NCBI GenBank assembly: GCA_963708025.1 | Contig: CAVPSB010000011.1 | Span: 13,749-77,748 of the forward strand | Source: an uncultured Candidatus Rokubacteria bacterium | GTDB taxonomy: Bacteria; Methylomirabilota; Methylomirabilia; Rokubacteriales; DASRDR01 | DNA: 64,000 nt | Direction of reading: 5' to 3' | Part shown: piece by piece, positions 19,560 through 30,041 of the stretch | Position numbering within the stretch: the stretch's first letter is position 1 | How the letters are laid out: each line of letters starts with the position of its first letter | Made by a program: the position numbers and the translations under genes | The notes under the pieces: generated by a model | Databases searched by the model: none | Seen by the model: the letters and a program-made list of their open reading frames with translations, nothing else | Told to the model about the DNA's origin: nothing

Positions 19560-20348
19560 GTGAGCGCGCTCCTGTCGGTGCAGGAGGTCTCGATGCGGTT
19601 CGGCGGCATCGTGGCCCTCGACGGCGTGTCGCTCGCCATCGACGAGGGGCGGATCGCGGGACTCATCGGTCCGAACGGCGCCGGCAAGACCACCCTCTTC
19701 AACTGCATCAGCCGGCTCTACACGCCGCACCACGGCGAGATCGTCTTCGACGGGCGCTCGCTCCTCCGGCTCCCGCCCCACCGGATCGCCGCGCTCGGGG
19801 TCGGGCGGACGTTCCAGAACCTGGCGCTCTTCCCGCGGATGACCGTCCTCGAGAACGTGATGATCGGCGTCCACTCCCGGACGCGGAGCGGCTTCCTCGC
19901 CAACGCCCTCCGCCCGCCTTCGGTCGGCCGCGAGGAGGACGGGATCCGGGCGGCGGCCATGGAGCTGATCGCCTTCCTCGAGCTGGCCGCCGTCGCCCAC
20001 CACCCGGCCGCCGGCCTCCCCTTCGGGACGCTGAAGCGCGTCGAGCTGGCCCGGGCCCTGGCGGGTCACCCCAAGCTGCTCCTCCTCGACGAGCCGGCCG
20101 GCGGGCTGAACCACGAGGAGGTCTCGGTGCTGGCCAGCCTGCTGCGAGCGATCCGCGATCGCTGGGGCCTGACCATCCTGCTGGTCGAGCACCACGTGGG
20201 CCTGGTCATGCAGGTCTCCGACCGGGTGTTCGTCCTCGACTTCGGCCGCAAGATCGCCGACGGCCCGCCGGCCTCGGTCCAGCAGGACCCGGCCGTGATC
20301 CGCGCCTACCTCGGCAGCAGCGGGGGAGACGGGAGGAGCGACAACTGA
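19560..20348 (+). CDS. livG: Branched-chain amino acid-type ABC ATPase
   Basis: FGGIVAL, GPNGAGKTT, RTFQN, LLDEPAGGLN, EHH, AYLG. Confidence 0.9.
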   Translation: MSALLSVQEVSMRFGGIVALDGVSLAIDEGRIAGLIGPNGAGKTTLFNCISRLYTPHHGEIVFDGRSLLRLPPHRIAALGVGRTFQNLALFPRMTVLENVMIGVHSRTRSGFLANALRPPSVGREEDGIRAAAMELIAFLELAAVAHHPAAGLPFGTLKRVELARALAGHPKLLLLDEPAGGLNHEEVSVLASLLRAIRDRWGLTILLVEHHVGLVMQVSDRVFVLDFGRKIADGPPASVQQDPAVIRAYLGSSGGDGRSDN

Positions 20349-20437
20349 CAGACCGTGGTCAGCCGCAAGATCCCGGGACCGTGGACGTCCGGCCCGAAGA
20401 GACCGGGATCGGGCAGCGGCGGAATCGCGACGGCCGG

Positions 20438-20480
20438 CCCCCCTCCCCCCGGTGGGTGGGGAGGGGACGGGGGTGGGGGA
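20438..20480. repeat. C-rich/G-rich REP-like element
   Basis: CCCCTCCCCCCGGTGGGTGGGGAGGGG; near-identical copy at 31984-32027. Confidence 0.65.
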
Positions 20481-20491
20481 GGTTACGGATA

Positions 20492-21205
20492 ATGCCGGCC
20501 CTGCTCGAGGCGGAGGCGCTCGAGGCACACTACGGCCGGACCAAGGTGCTGCACGGCGTCGCCTTCGCGGTGGAGGAGGGCGGGATCACCACGATCCTTG
20601 GGGCCAACGGGGCCGGCAAGACGACGACGCTCCGCGCCGTCTGCGGCATGGTGAAGACGGCCGGGGCGATCCGGTTCGCCGGCCAGCGGATCGACGGCCA
20701 GGCCACCGAGACGATCGCGCGGCTCGGCATCGCCCACGCCCCCGAGGGGCGCGGCACCTTCGTCCAGCTCACCGTCGAGGAGAACCTGCGCCTCGGCGCC
20801 TACGCCCGGCGGGACCGGGGTCGGCTGGCCGATGACTTCGAGCGCGTCTATGGCTACTTCCCCGTCCTCCGCGAGCGGCGGAGCCAGACCGCCGGCACGC
20901 TGTCGGGAGGGGAGCAGCAGATGCTGGCGGTGGCCCGCGCGCTCATGCTGCGGCCGCGCCTCCTCCTCCTGGACGAGCCGTCCCTGGGTCTGGCTCCCAT
21001 GATCGTCCGCGAGATCTTCCGCATCGTGCGGGCCATCAACGCGGACGAGGGGGTCAGCGTGCTCCTGGTCGAGCAGAACGCGACCCTGGCCCTGGAGCTG
21101 GCCGATCACGCCTACCTGATGGAGACCGGCCGCGTCGTCGTCAGCGGGCCCTCCGAGCTGCTCGGTCGCGACGACGCGGTGCGCCGCTCGTACCTGGGGT
21201 ACTGA
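20492..21205 (+). CDS. livF: Branched-chain amino acid-type ABC ATPase
   Basis: GANGAGKTT, PEGRG, LSGGEQQM, DEPSLGLAP, VEQNA. Confidence 0.92.
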   Translation: MPALLEAEALEAHYGRTKVLHGVAFAVEEGGITTILGANGAGKTTTLRAVCGMVKTAGAIRFAGQRIDGQATETIARLGIAHAPEGRGTFVQLTVEENLRLGAYARRDRGRLADDFERVYGYFPVLRERRSQTAGTLSGGEQQMLAVARALMLRPRLLLLDEPSLGLAPMIVREIFRIVRAINADEGVSVLLVEQNATLALELADHAYLMETGRVVVSGPSELLGRDDAVRRSYLGY

Positions 21206-21207
21206 CG

Positions 21208-22089
21208 GTGGACATCTTCCTCCAGCAGGTCGTCTCCGGGCTGGCCACCGGCGGGATCTACGGGAGCCTGGCCCTGGCGCTGGTGATGATCTACCAGGCG
21301 ACGGACGTCGTGAACTTTGCCCAGGGCGAGATGGCGATGTTCAGCACGTACCTGGCCTGGACCATGCTGAACGCCGGACTCCCCTACTGGGTGGCGTTCG
21401 TGGCGACGCTGGCCATCGCCTTCGTCGGCGGCATCCTGATCGAGCGGGTCGTGATCCGGCCGGTCGAGAGCGCGCCGATCCTGACGATCGTCATCGTGTG
21501 CATCGGGCTCCTGGTAATCCTCAACAGCGTGGCCGGCTGGATCTACTCGTACATCCAGAAGCCCTTCCCGAGCCCGTTTCCCGAGGCGCCGATCCGGGTC
21601 GGCGCCGTCGTCTTCGGAGCCCACGACCTCGGCGCCATCGGGGTGACCCTCGTCGTGCTGTTCCTCCTCTACGCGTTCTTCCGGTACACCACGCTCGGCC
21701 TCGCCATGCGGGCCGCCGCCCAGAACCCGGCGTCGAGCCGGCTCTGCGGCATCCGGGTCGGCTGGATGCTGGCCCTCGGCTGGGGCCTGGCCGCCCTGGT
21801 CGGGGCCGTGGCCGGCATGATGGTCGCGCCCAAGGTCTTCCTCGACCCCAACATGATGGCGGGAATCATACTCTACGCCTTCGCCTCGGCCACCCTCGGT
21901 GGCTTCACGAGCCCGCTGGGCGCGGTGGTCGGGGGGCTGCTGGTCGGGGTCACCGAGAACCTGGTCGGCACCTACGTCCGCTTCATCGGCACCGAGCTGA
22001 AGCTCACCGTCGCGCTGGCGATGATCCTCGTCGTGTTGCTGGTCAGGCCGAGCGGGCTGTTTGGCCGCGCCGTGGTCCACCGGGTGTGA
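21208..22089 (+). CDS. livH: Branched-chain amino acid-type ABC permease
   Basis: VVNFAQGE, TTLGLAMRAAAQN, LGG, RPSGLFG. Confidence 0.92.
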   Translation: MDIFLQQVVSGLATGGIYGSLALALVMIYQATDVVNFAQGEMAMFSTYLAWTMLNAGLPYWVAFVATLAIAFVGGILIERVVIRPVESAPILTIVIVCIGLLVILNSVAGWIYSYIQKPFPSPFPEAPIRVGAVVFGAHDLGAIGVTLVVLFLLYAFFRYTTLGLAMRAAAQNPASSRLCGIRVGWMLALGWGLAALVGAVAGMMVAPKVFLDPNMMAGIILYAFASATLGGFTSPLGAVVGGLLVGVTENLVGTYVRFIGTELKLTVALAMILVVLLVRPSGLFGRAVVHRV

Positions 22090-22090
22090 C

Positions 22091-22214
22091 GGGCGGGGCC
22101 GATGAGCGTCGCATCGCGTCGTCCTCGGTCATCGCCGATCCTCGGCGTACTCGGAGTACGCCTGCGGTCGGCGACTCCCTGCGTCCTAGCGCTGCTCGCT
22201 CCTCGGCCCCGCCC
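22091..22214 (+). repeat. Structured intergenic repeat, copy 1 (MITE- or ncRNA-like)
   Basis: Terminal IR GGGCGGGGCCGA.GAGCG; core GCCGATCCTCGGCGTACTCGGAGTACGCCTGCGGTCGGC shared with 40153-40353 and 41302-41587. Confidence 0.85.
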
Positions 22215-22265
22215 AGGTAACCTTGGGGCACCTGCCATGACGTTGGACCTTCGAGGAATCTAGCG

Positions 22266-23288
22266 GTGGGAGACGCGGAGCTCACCGCCCGCGAGCTGGC
22301 CGGCGTGCCGCGCGCCACGCTGGCCGGGATGTCGCTGGCCTCGCTGCGGCTCACCGCGCTGGCGGTCGTGCTGGTGGTCGCCGGTGCCTTGCCGTTCTTC
22401 CTGAGCGGCTTCCGGCTGTTCCAGTTCACGCAGGTCTTCGTCTACGCGATCGCGCTGCTCGGGCTCAACATCCTCACCGGGTACAACGGCCAGATCTCGC
22501 TCGGCCACGGGGCCTTCTACGCGCTGGGCGCGTACACGACGGCGATCATGATCGACCGGTGGAGCGTGCCCTACGGGTGGACGATCCCGGCCGCCGGCCT
22601 CTTCTGCCTGGTGGTCGGCTTCCTGTTCGGAATCCCTGCCATCCGCCTGGAGGGCCTCTACCTGGCCCTGGCCACCTTCGCCCTGGCGCTGGCGGTGCCC
22701 CAGATCCTCAAGTACTTCGAGCACTGGACCGGCGGCTCCCAGGGCATCGTGCTGAGCAAGCCCGACGCCCCCGGCGGCCTGCCGCTCACCCCCGACCAGT
22801 GGCTGTACGTCCTGAGCCTGGCCGTGCTCGTGATCCTGTTCGTCCTGGCCTGGAACCTCCTCCGCGGCCGGACCGGCCGGGCGATCGTCGCCATCCGCGA
22901 CAACCCGATCGCCGCCGAGGCGATGGGCGTCAACACCGCGCTCTACAAGGCGCTGACCTTCGGTGTCAGCGCCGGCTACACCGGCGTGGCCGGCGCCCTC
23001 AGCGCGCTCGCCATCGCCTTCGTGGCCCCCGATGCCTTCAACGTGTTCCTCTCGATCACGTTCCTGGTGGGGATCGTGGTCGGGGGCCTGGCCTCGATCT
23101 CGGGCGCCGTGTTCGGCGGTCTGTTCATCCAGTTCGTCCCCAACTGGGCCCAGGACATCTCCAAGGCGGCGCCCTGGGCCATCTACGGCCTGTTCCTGAT
23201 CGCCTTCATGTACGTGATGCCGCACGGGATCGCCGGCGCGCTGCGCGCCATCGGGCTCCGCCTGGCGAGGAAGGGGGCGGTAAGGTGA
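22266..23288 (+). CDS. livM: Branched-chain amino acid-type ABC permease
   Basis: GLNILTGYNGQISLGHGAF, GLYLALATFA, GRAIVAIRDNPIAAEAMGVN. Confidence 0.92.
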   Translation: MGDAELTARELAGVPRATLAGMSLASLRLTALAVVLVVAGALPFFLSGFRLFQFTQVFVYAIALLGLNILTGYNGQISLGHGAFYALGAYTTAIMIDRWSVPYGWTIPAAGLFCLVVGFLFGIPAIRLEGLYLALATFALALAVPQILKYFEHWTGGSQGIVLSKPDAPGGLPLTPDQWLYVLSLAVLVILFVLAWNLLRGRTGRAIVAIRDNPIAAEAMGVNTALYKALTFGVSAGYTGVAGALSALAIAFVAPDAFNVFLSITFLVGIVVGGLASISGAVFGGLFIQFVPNWAQDISKAAPWAIYGLFLIAFMYVMPHGIAGALRAIGLRLARKGAVR

Positions 23289-23341
23289 GACCGTTCGCCT
23301 CGTCGCCCCGTCACCGACAACCCCGGAAACAGGAGGCACTC

Positions 23342-24550
23342 ATGAGTCGGAAGCTTCTGGCCCTCGCGCTCTCGCTGGCGCTCGGCCTGGCGCTGTCGGC
23401 GCCGGCCGGCGCCCAGACGCCCGGCGTGACCGCCACCGAGATCAAGCTCGGCAACACCAACCCCTACAGCGGCCCCGCCTCGGCCTACGGCACGATCGGC
23501 AAGGTCATCGGCGCCTACTTCAAGAAGGTCAACGACGAGGGCGGCATCAACGGGCGCAAGATCAACTACATCACCTACGACGACGGCTACAGCCCGCCCA
23601 AGGCGGTCGAGATGGTCCGCCGGCTCGTCGAGCAGGACCAGGTCCTGCTGCTCTTCCAGACCCTGGGCACCCCCACCAACAGCGCCATCCACAGGTACGT
23701 CAACCAGCAGAAGGTGCCGCACATCTTCGTCGCCACCGGCGCCACCAAGTGGGGCGATCCGCAGAACTTCCCGTGGACGATGGGCTGGCAGCCCACCTAC
23801 CAGGCCGAGGCGAAGATCTACGCCCAGTACGTCATGAAGAACATCCCCGACGCCAAGGTCGGGATCCTCTACCAGAACGACGACTACGGGAAGGACTACC
23901 TGAAGGGCTTCAAGGACGGCCTGGGAGAGGCGGCCAAGAAGCTGATCGTGATGGAGCAGAGCTACGAGGTGACGGACCCCACGGTGGACTCGCAGATCGT
24001 GAACCTGAAGAACAGCGGGGCCAACGTGTTCTTCAACATCACGATCCCGAAGTTCGCCGTCCAGGCGATCAAGAAGTCCCACGATCTCGGCTGGAACCCG
24101 CTCCACCTGCTGAACAACGTCTCGAACTCGGTGGGGACCGTCCTGAAGCCGGCCGGCCTCGACGCCTCCAAGGGCCTGATCACCACCTTCTACCTGAAGG
24201 ACCCGACCGATCCGCAGTGGAAGGAGGACGGCGCCATGAAGGAGTGGCGCGCCTTCATGGCGAAGTTCTACCCGGAGGGGAACGTCGACGACGTCTTCAA
24301 CGCCTATGGTTACACGGTCGCCCAGACCCTGGCCCACGTCCTCAAGCAGGCCGGCAGCGACCTGTCGCGGGCGAACGTCATGAAGCAGGCGGCGAGCATC
24401 AAGGACCTGGCGCTGCCGCTCTTCCTGCCCGGCATCAAGATCAACACGAGCCCGACCGACTTCTACCCGCTCGAGCAGGAGCAGCTCGCCAAGTTCGACG
24501 GCGAGCGCTGGGTGCTCTTCGGCGAGATCTACGACGCCTCGAAGAAGTAG
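23342..24550 (+). CDS. Liv-type ABC substrate-binding protein
   Basis: Signal peptide; GVTATEIKLG, YSGPASAY, NDEGGINGRKI, DDGYSP, YQNDDYGKD. Confidence 0.93.
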   Translation: MSRKLLALALSLALGLALSAPAGAQTPGVTATEIKLGNTNPYSGPASAYGTIGKVIGAYFKKVNDEGGINGRKINYITYDDGYSPPKAVEMVRRLVEQDQVLLLFQTLGTPTNSAIHRYVNQQKVPHIFVATGATKWGDPQNFPWTMGWQPTYQAEAKIYAQYVMKNIPDAKVGILYQNDDYGKDYLKGFKDGLGEAAKKLIVMEQSYEVTDPTVDSQIVNLKNSGANVFFNITIPKFAVQAIKKSHDLGWNPLHLLNNVSNSVGTVLKPAGLDASKGLITTFYLKDPTDPQWKEDGAMKEWRAFMAKFYPEGNVDDVFNAYGYTVAQTLAHVLKQAGSDLSRANVMKQAASIKDLALPLFLPGIKINTSPTDFYPLEQEQLAKFDGERWVLFGEIYDASKK

Positions 24551-24565
24551 CCTTCCGGGAGACCC

Positions 24566-24592
24566 GGCGGAGGGGGCCGCGCCCCCTCCGCC
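24566..24592. terminator. GC hairpin between convergent genes (terminator or mRNA stabiliser)
   Basis: GGCGGAGGGGGC-CGC-GCCCCCTCCGCC, 12-bp stem, no U-tract. Confidence 0.5.
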
Positions 24593-24760
24593 ACCAGCCG
24601 GACCACACTGACGCCCAGCTAGCCGCGTCGCCGCGCGCTCCGCCTTGCTCGCCCGCGGCTCGACTGCACCCGTTGGCCCCCGAGCCGACCGATTCGGCCT
24701 CGCCGTCTCCTTGCCGGGCTTCCGGCCGCCCACTCCGCGGCCGGAAGCCCGGTCATCGGA

Positions 24761-26081
24761 TCAGAGAGCGTTCAGGAAGGCCACCAGGTCGGCTCGCTCC
24801 TGGTCGGTGAAGACGAAGCCCAGGTGAGTCTCGTAGTGACGGACCACGTCCTCGAGGGTCGCGGCGATGCCGTTGTGGAAGTACGGCGCGCGCGCGGCGA
24901 GGCCGCGGATCGTCGGGGTCTTGAAGCGGCCGAGGTCGTTCCAGGCCCCGGTGACGTTGCCCCGGCCGGCATCGGTCAGCTTCCGGATCTCGCTCGTCGT
25001 GGTGTTCTTGAACGTGTACAGGGGCAGGTCCGGAGTGCGGGCCGCTTCCGACGCCGTGCGCGACGTCGAAGAGGGTGTTGCTGACGTTGGTGCCGTTGTT
25101 CGCCGAGTTGTGGCAGGCGCCGCACCGGCGTCCACCGGGGTTCGGATTGTTGAACAGCTCCTGACCCCGGAAGATCTGGCGGCGGTGCGGGCTCCCGTGA
25201 TGGGCCCAGGCGTCGAAGAGATCGAACCGTCCCGCAACCTTCGTCATGTCCGACATCGCCTCGGGGCCGCCCCGGGCGCCGTCCGAGTCGAGACGCCCCA
25301 CGCCCGGCACGATGAGCTGCGCGGTGAAGAGCGAGTTCTCGAACCCGACGATGTCGCCGATGATCGCGTCGAAGGGTGGGTCGAGGGGAAGGGGGAACGT
25401 GGGAAGGACGTCGCCCTGCTGACCACCCGTCACGTTGCGTCTGGCCTGGTTTTGGAGTCCACCGAGCTGGTCGGTCCCGATGCTGTTGCCGCCGTCCCAG
25501 TTGATGGTCGCGCTGCCGAGGGGGAAGTTGATCGTCGGCATCACGCGCCGCCAGTGCACGAGCCGGGTGAGGTTCGCGAACCCGTGCGGGTCCTCCACGG
25601 CGATCAGGTTCCACTCCCGGGGGGTCCGGAGAGCGCCGCCCCGGCGGAACACGCCGCGGCTCAACAGCATGCTGTACGCGGCCCGGCGCCCTTCGACCGT
25701 GGAGAAGTTCCCCGTCAGCGGGTTGTTGGCGTCCAGCGGGTTGAAGACGGGGTGCGTGCCGCCCGTCTCGTCGAACAGGCGCTGCAGGGTGCCGGGGTTG
25801 ATGCTCCAGGCCTCCTGCGGGATGTGGCACGAGGAGCAGCTCCGGCCGTTCGTGCCCTGAGCCTGGAAGTACTCGCCGATGAGATCGACGAGGCCCTCGG
25901 TGCTGAACGTCGCCGAGTGTCCACCCGGATTCAGAACCGGGTGGTTGTTGGGGATGCTGGCCGGGTCCGCCTCGGCGCGTAGCACGTGGTCCGGCGCCCA
26001 CCCCAGGCCCAAGACCAGCGCAACCGCCGCGACCGCCGCGCGCAGCCGACTGCCGGGACCCCGCGAACTAGACCGCCTCAT
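24761..26081 (-). CDS. Secreted di-heme cytochrome c peroxidase/MauG-superfamily protein; frameshift near 25060
   Basis: Signal peptide; [17 protein letters not shown]...[26 protein letters not shown]. Confidence 0.85.
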
Positions 26082-26235
26082 GTCAGTCCCTCCCTTGTGG
26101 AACGAACGCTGTTGGGCAGGGAATCCCCAACGTGGAGACACCGATTCAGCCCGGCCCGGCCCCAGGCAGAACCAGCGTCGCCATCGTGTGGCCTCCCCAG
26201 CCGACGACTTGGTCAACACGTCGGCCGGATCGGAG

Positions 26236-26251
26236 TGCAAGCGGCGAGCCA
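26236..26251 (-). promoter_or_regulatory. sigma54 promoter TGGCTCGCCGCTTGCA
   Basis: GG-N10-GC, ~155 bp upstream of the peroxidase-like gene. Confidence 0.6.
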
Positions 26252-26439
26252 CGGCTCGATTCGGTCCGGAATCGCAACCGGGCTCGCAGCAGATTGCGGT
26301 CGCTGCGACCGGCACCCCCGGAGGTGAGGATTCACGGTGTCCGGCGGACTCGGCCGGTCAGCCGGTTGCCAGGGGACGGCGCTGGACTGGCCAGTCGATT
26401 GCCGGGAAACGTCTCAAGTGGGACGCCGCAGGGAGCTGA

Positions 26440-26961
26440 AACCCGGCGTGCCGCGGCGGTGCTCGACCAGGTGCTCGGCCTCTATCCGGATTTCCCGCCG
26501 GCGCTGATGGCGCGCGCTACCGAGCGGCTGCTTCGACGCGAGATCGGGCCCGCGATCGCCGACCTCGGAGCTATCCGATGTTGCGGGCGCGCGACGTGAA
26601 AGCGCTGACCCTGCGCGCCGGGATCTGGATGGAGGTCGGGGAGGGCGAGCGGGCGCCGGGCGACTGGAACGCGGTGCCGGAGGTCGATGCCGACGATGCA
26701 ACCGGACTACTGAATCGCTCCCGGGTCCTGATCAACCTCGATCGATCCGAAGAAGCGCGCCGCGACCTCGACAAGCTGCTCGGCGCCCGGCCGGATCTAC
26801 CCGAGGCCCACTATTTCCGTGCCGGGTGCCGCGAGCGGCTCGGTGACGCAGCGGGCTCGGCGGATGACTTCGAGCGCGCGCTGCCGGCAGTCGGCGACGC
26901 CGCCGGCCGTACCCGGATCGAAGAGCGCATCGCGCGACTGCGCGGCGGGCCTCTGGTCTAG
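26440..26961 (+). pseudogene. TPR-protein C-terminal fragment
   Basis: LDQVLGLYPDFPPALMARA...AIADL; EEARRDLDKLL..PDLPEAHYFRA...LGD; frameshifted, no clear start. Confidence 0.55.
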
Positions 26962-27119
26962 AGCGGGCCACTCACGGGGGCTTCGGGCGCTCGGAGCTCA
27001 CCGGCAGGCATCACGTTCGTTGCCGGGAGCAGTTGGGCGGGCTGGTGCTACTGTCGGGCCCGCAGCCGCCAGATGGCCCGGCTCGGGCATCCGCTCACTC
27101 TCGGTAGTCCAGCCCCACC

Positions 27120-27310
27120 GCAGCGAGCCTGGCCTTGAAGGCGGCCCGGTCGCGAACCGGATGAAGGCTCGCCCCAGCTCCGGCGCCATGCTCTGGGCAC
27201 CCAGGACGGCCGAGTAGGTGGTCACCTTCTGGAGCTCTTTCGGCAAGGGTCCGACCAGCCTGACACCTCTCACGGGGATGATCTCGCTGATCCGGTGGAC
27301 GACCAGCTCG
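27120..27310 (-). pseudogene. Fragment of a ModA-like (SBP_bac_11) substrate-binding protein
   Basis: ISEIIPVRGVRLVGPLPKELQKVTTYSA C-terminal motif; N-terminus missing. Confidence 0.6.
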
Positions 27311-27448
27311 ATCTCGCCCAGACGAAGGTCATCGTGAACACGGTGGAGGCGGCGCCCCACCACCCCTGGTACGTGATGGTCGTCCGGACCGACTTCCTGA
27401 AGGAGAACCGTGACGCGGTGGTCCGGGCCGTCGACTCACCTCAGCCTC

Positions 27449-27479
27449 ACGACGCGATGCGACGCTCATCGGCCCGCCC
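27449..27479 (-). repeat. Truncated copy (5' end only) of the structured intergenic repeat
   Basis: Reverse complement GGGCGGGCCGATGAGCGTCGCATCGCGTCGT matches 22091-22122. Confidence 0.75.
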
Positions 27480-27682
27480 ACTAGCGCGGATCATTCGCGA
27501 GGCGTGGTGAACTGCGAGGAGCGGATGGCGTCGGGGGCCGCTCCCAGCGCGGAGCATCCCGTTTCTAGGGGCTCGCGGGCTGGCTTCAAGTTGGGGACGA
27601 AACCGGCGGGCGCATGTAGGGCCGCAGATGCGAGCACTGGGAGCGGGCGCCGGCGCCAGGCCCTGCCCCCCCCACGACGGCT

Positions 27683-28959
27683 TCACGAATGGATCGGGCT
27701 AGGGCAGCGGTCGCGGCGCATCGCGCCGCGGAGGATCGGGGCCACCTCCCCGTACAGCTCGGTGACCGCGCGGGCGATGCAGGGCCAGCCGAAGCCCCGC
27801 GCCCACTCCGCGGCCCGGGCGCCGAGCCGACGCCGGCAGCCCTCGTCCTCCAGCAAGTGCGCGATCGCGCCGGCGAGAGCCTGGGCATCGCCCTCGGGCA
27901 CCAGGAGGCCGGTCACCTCGTCCTGGACGGTGACCGCCAGCCCGCCGACCCGGGAGCCGACCACCGGCACGCCGCACGCCATGGCCTCCAGCGCCACCAT
28001 GCCGAAGGACTCGTAGAGCGAGGGCATCAGGCAGACATCGGCCGCGACGTAGTAGTCGGGGAGCCGGTCCTGCGGCTGGGGGCCCCGGAAGTCCACCCAC
28101 GCCGCGACGCCGAGGTCGGCGGCCATGCGCCGGAACGGCGCGCGCGCTCCGCGTCCCAGTGCTCCTCCTTGTCCCCGCCGACCACGACCAGCCGGACGTC
28201 GGCGCGGCCCAGGCCGTTGGCCTTGGCGGCCGCCAGGGCGTGCAGGAGCGTGGTGAGGCCCTTGATGGGCGTGAGCCGACCGACGAAGAGGAGCACGCGC
28301 TCGGCGTCGAGCCCCAGACGCGATCGGGCCTGCCGCGCGTCCCCCGGCTGGAACAGCTCGAGGTCCACGCCGCACGGGATCACGCGGATCCGCTCGACGT
28401 CCGCGCCGAGGGCCCGGGCGAGATGGGCCCGCTCCACCGGGTTGGACGCCACGACGCGATCGGCGGAGGCCGCGAGGCGCCGCTCGGCCGCCAGCCGCTC
28501 CTCGGGCTCCCGCTCGGCCTCGCTCCGGGCGACGGCGTTCTTCAGCGCCCCGAGCGTGTGGAACATCTGGATGACCGGGCGGTCCCAGCGACGGCGCAGC
28601 TCGAGGGCCGCCACCCCCGACAGCCAGTAGTGGCTGTGCAGGAGCGCGTAGTCGAGGCCCTCCCGGCGGCGGAAGGCCTCGACGCCGTCCACGAAGGCAT
28701 CGAGATGCGCCAGGAGCGCGCCCCGCGGCAGCGGCCGCGCCGGCCCGGCCGGGACGTGGATCACGCGCGCGTCCGGGCCGAGCGTCACGACCTCGGGAAT
28801 GGCCGGGTCCTGGCTTCGGGTGAAGACGTCCACCGGGACGCCGCCCCGCCCCAGCTCCCGCGCCAGCTCCCGGACGTAGACGTTCATCCCGCCCGTTTCC
28901 TTGCCGCCGAGAGCGGCCAGGGGGCAGGTGTGGACGGAAAGCAGCGCGACCCGCGCCAT
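27683..28959 (-). CDS. GT4 glycosyltransferase, MshA-like; frameshift near 28140
   Basis: SVHTCPL..GGMNVYV, HSHYWLSG, FHTLGALK, FVGRL..IKG, ESFGMVALEAMACG. Confidence 0.88.
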
Positions 28960-29954
28960 CAGCTCCGCTCCAGGGTGATGCGAAGCACGTCCGTCGGGAC
29001 CGCGCCGAACCCGTACTTGTACGGCTCGTCGCCGCGCAGGAAGTCGTAACGCCGGAAGCCGCGGGCGATGGCGTCCTCGATCGTCCGGGCGATCAGCACG
29101 ACCCCGGGCGACAGCGCCCGGGCGGCGGGGTCGAAGCCGGAGTTGTAGAGGCCAATCGACCCGCCGTACTCGAGGCAGAAGAGCGCCGCCGCCGGCTGGT
29201 CCTCGAGCCAGAGGAGCCAGAGCGCCGCCCAGCCCGCCGCGGCGAGCTCGGCGCCGACGTCCCGGAAGAAGCGCTCCATCGTCTCGTCCATGAAGCGCGC
29301 CTTGCCGACCTTGGACTTCCGATGGAGGGCGACGAAGCTGTCCATGAGGGCGGTGATCGCGGCGGGGCTGCGCGCCACCTCGATCCGCGGATTGCCGCTC
29401 TCGGCCCGGCGGAGCTTCCGCCGAAGCTCGTGGCGGTCCTTGCCGGACAGGGTGGCCAGGTAGTCGTCCCAGGACGGGGGCAGCCCGATGACCGGACAGC
29501 GCTCCTCGCGCTCGACGCGACAGCCGAAGCCGGCCGCCCGCGCCAGATCCGGAAGCAGCGCGGCGGTGGGCGAGCCGGCGGGCACGGGGCGGAGGTCCAG
29601 GGCGTGCCACGGGGTCTCCGGGAGGACGGCCAGCGCCGCCTTCCACACGGCCTCCTCGTGACCGGCCACGGCGACCAGGTCGAGGTAGTCCGCCACGTCC
29701 ACCCCACCCACCAGGCGCAGGACGCGACCTTCGGCGGTCTCCGTCTCGTACAGCGGCAGCGCGCCCACCCACTCGGCGGCGGCGTCCTGGAATCCCAGGA
29801 GGTGCAGAGACCCCTCCCCGAAGGCCCGCCACCATCGGGTCTGGAACTGCCAGGTGAGGAAGGGGACGCAGGTATGCGAGCGCTCGACCAGGCGATTCCA
29901 GGTCGCCTCGTCCAGGCCCTGCGCGCCCCAGGCAGGGAGGCGCTCTATCCGCAC
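28959..29954 (-). CDS. GNAT-fold N-acetyltransferase (CelD/BcsL, FemAB-like)
   Basis: PFLTWQF, DYLDL, SWDDYLATLSGKDRHELRRK, YNSGFDP, LSPG, DFLRGDEPYK. Confidence 0.88.
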   Translation of the reverse strand: MRIERLPAWGAQGLDEATWNRLVERSHTCVPFLTWQFQTRWWRAFGEGSLHLLGFQDAAAEWVGALPLYETETAEGRVLRLVGGVDVADYLDLVAVAGHEEAVWKAALAVLPETPWHALDLRPVPAGSPTAALLPDLARAAGFGCRVEREERCPVIGLPPSWDDYLATLSGKDRHELRRKLRRAESGNPRIEVARSPAAITALMDSFVALHRKSKVGKARFMDETMERFFRDVGAELAAAGWAALWLLWLEDQPAAALFCLEYGGSIGLYNSGFDPAARALSPGVVLIARTIEDAIARGFRRYDFLRGDEPYKYGFGAVPTDVLRITLERS

Positions 29955-30041
29955 CGGTCTGCTCCGAGCATCCCGCTCCCCGATGATGAGATGTGAAATC
30001 GTGAGGGGTCGATGCCGCTCAGCCCCTCCCCGAAAAGAAAC

